This document shows, piece after piece, positions 22,875-24,456 of a stretch of DNA of 24,456 nucleotides; within the stretch, counting starts at the first letter, position 1; every line of letters starts with the position of its first letter. The stretch is from a virus. Its lineage: Duplodnaviria > Caudoviricetes. A program made the position numbers and the translations under genes. Where the stretch lies: positions 1 to 24,456 of IMG/VR virus record IMGVR_UViG_3300043442_000977; one strand, written 5' to 3'. The notes under the pieces were generated by a model, which was given only the letters and a program-made list of their open reading frames with translations, had not been told where the DNA came from and did no database searches.

Positions 22875-23807
22875 ATGACCGTTTTTGCTGGACATTACGG
22901 CCAAGTAGAAATCAAAAGACTTGGCGGTAGCGGTGAATTAAGTCTTCGGCTGAGCCCAGAAAATCTTCTTGTTAGCCGCAAGCGATTTTCGCTGGGCGAC
23001 GCGAATGGCCTTCCCGTGCCCTCTAATGTCATCACCACTGGAGACAGGGTGCGGATCAGCACTAATGACGCGAGAGGGCTTCCTTTTAGGCTCTACACAA
23101 ATGCTGCAAATACAACTTATATAGACAATCCTGGGGCGGGATCTCTTCCCCTTGAATTTTTTGCGAACATCGATGCGATGGGTGGCATTCGCATGTATCG
23201 CAGTTTCAATGATGCAATAAATAATCCTGGCACAGGATATTTAGCGGTGCCGTTAAGCACTGCGGCGTCGTCCCCTCCATGGGACGTGACAGTCACCTTA
23301 GTTCAGGGCGGCTTTCATCGAGTGGGGCAGGTGCAAGGCTTCACTTTTTCCACTGATCGCGAATCCACTGATATCACTTCACTGGGGGACAAGTTTAAGG
23401 ATTTTTCTCAGTCTGCAATTTTTGGGGGCGGAAGTGTAGATTGCTTGTTCAGCTTTAAGAATGTAAGCAGCGAAGAAATCCCCTTGGCACTGTGTGAGCT
23501 TGTTCAGAAGATTGAAATTGGCGCTCGATTTAGTGGTAAATTTTACCTCCTTGAGCCAAGAGTGCAGCAAATTCCTGGCTATGGATCGCTGGAAGGCGTG
23601 TGGTATGAAGTGAATGGGATTATGACGAAAGCTGGGGTGACAGTGCGGGCTGATCAAATTGTGGAATGTAGTTTTGATTTCATTACTGCAGGATCTTTTG
23701 CATTGAAAAGTGGTGTCGCTCCTGTCGAGCTTACAACCGAGAACGATGTTATCATGGGTAATGATAGTGACTTGGCAGAGCTAGGACTCATTCTCGAGAC
23801 TAACTAA
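22875..23807 (+). CDS. Second tail-tube-like structural protein
   Basis: ATG 22875 (MTVFAGHYGQVEI). 'VQGFTF...ESTDITSLGD...GGGSVDCLF' and 'GIMTKAGVTV...VECSFDFITAG' parallel the previous gene. Confidence 0.55.
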   Translation: MTVFAGHYGQVEIKRLGGSGELSLRLSPENLLVSRKRFSLGDANGLPVPSNVITTGDRVRISTNDARGLPFRLYTNAANTTYIDNPGAGSLPLEFFANIDAMGGIRMYRSFNDAINNPGTGYLAVPLSTAASSPPWDVTVTLVQGGFHRVGQVQGFTFSTDRESTDITSLGDKFKDFSQSAIFGGGSVDCLFSFKNVSSEEIPLALCELVQKIEIGARFSGKFYLLEPRVQQIPGYGSLEGVWYEVNGIMTKAGVTVRADQIVECSFDFITAGSFALKSGVAPVELTTENDVIMGNDSDLAELGLILETN

Positions 23808-23809
23808 TT

Positions 23810-24456
23810 ATGACAATTCGCATTTCCGAGCTGAATGAACTGACTGTTGATATTGCACAGTCGGACGTGCTGCCAATTGTCGATCTTAGCGGCGGAGAAA
23901 CAAAGAAAGTACAAGTTGGAAATCTTATCAATATTGGCATTAGCGGGGCGCCATCTTCCTTTATTGATCTTTCAAAACTTAATCAATCTTCTGCGACAAA
24001 GCTATCCTTCACTGCTCTTACTCCCATTGGAGTGGCGTCAGGCACTTATGGCAGTGCGTCAACTGTTCCGCAATTTACTGTTAACAGTCAGGGTCTAGTT
24101 TCGTTCGCCTCTGGCGTGCCTATTGTCATCGCCGCAAGTGGGGTTACAGGTCTAGCGCCAGTTGCCACTAGCGGCACCTATGCCAGCCTTACGGGGCTTC
24201 CAACGCTTGGCACTCTTTCATCGCAAAACGCAAATAGCGTTGTAATCAGCGGCGGAACCATTAGTGGCGTCACCTTTGTTACGGGCAGCGCCACAATTAG
24301 CGGCGGCACCATTACTGACATCACAGACCTGGCGATAACCGACGGAGGCACCGGAGCGTCTACTGCATCCGGCGCACGATCAAATTTGGGGCTGGCTATT
24401 GGCAGTGATGTTCAAGCATATAGTGCTGTCCTGTCAGGCGTGGCCGCGCAATTCAC
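23810..24456 (+). CDS. Tail fibre protein, 3' partial (absent from the ORF track)
   Basis: The frame is open from ATG 23810 to the window end: MTIRISELNEL...DVLPIVDLSGGETKKV...GVASGTYGSASTVPQFTVNSQG...ISGGTI...DGGTGASTASGARSNLGL. These are typical fibre-shaft motifs. Confidence 0.85.
   Translation, partial: MTIRISELNELTVDIAQSDVLPIVDLSGGETKKVQVGNLINIGISGAPSSFIDLSKLNQSSATKLSFTALTPIGVASGTYGSASTVPQFTVNSQGLVSFASGVPIVIAASGVTGLAPVATSGTYASLTGLPTLGTLSSQNANSVVISGGTISGVTFVTGSATISGGTITDITDLAITDGGTGASTASGARSNLGLAIGSDVQAYSAVLSGVAAQF

Noticed and set aside
23847-24098. 83-aa ORF in the supplied track
   Set aside because: It is an alternate frame of the real tail fibre gene starting at 23810.
1-24456. tRNA, rRNA, CRISPR array, intron/intein, integrase or diversity-generating retroelement
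   Set aside because: None seen. The window is almost fully tiled by CDSs, intergenic gaps are under about 60 bp, and the endonuclease is free-standing rather than interrupting a gene.

Overview
This window is a phage virion-morphogenesis region, probably from a long non-contractile-tailed cyanophage-like phage or prophage. The host assignment is inferred from gene style only. Order: (1) a four-gene glycan cassette (GT32-like glycosyltransferase, DUF4422/GT111-like galactofuranosyltransferase, TylF/MycF-like O-methyltransferase, UDP-galactopyranose mutase glf); (2) small head-region ORFs, where a DUF6496-like gene appears joined to the next ORF by a -1 frameshift signal (G GGA AAG plus a strong hairpin); (3) an inverted GIY-YIG endonuclease plus XRE-HTH pair; (4) a head module (DUF2213 protease/scaffold, decoration protein, DUF2184 major capsid, DUF4054 adaptor); (5) a tail module (tube, completion proteins, G/GT chaperone with a dnaX-style -1 frameshift, 1939-aa tape measure with an apparently circularly permuted M23 domain, tip proteins, two extra tube-like paralogs, start of a tail fibre). 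The most interesting signals are the galactofuranose glycosylation cassette next to the head genes, the second frameshift outside the tail, and recurrent R/K-x-D-[A/S] motifs that may be maturation-protease sites. Family calls come from motif recognition by eye, not from database searches.
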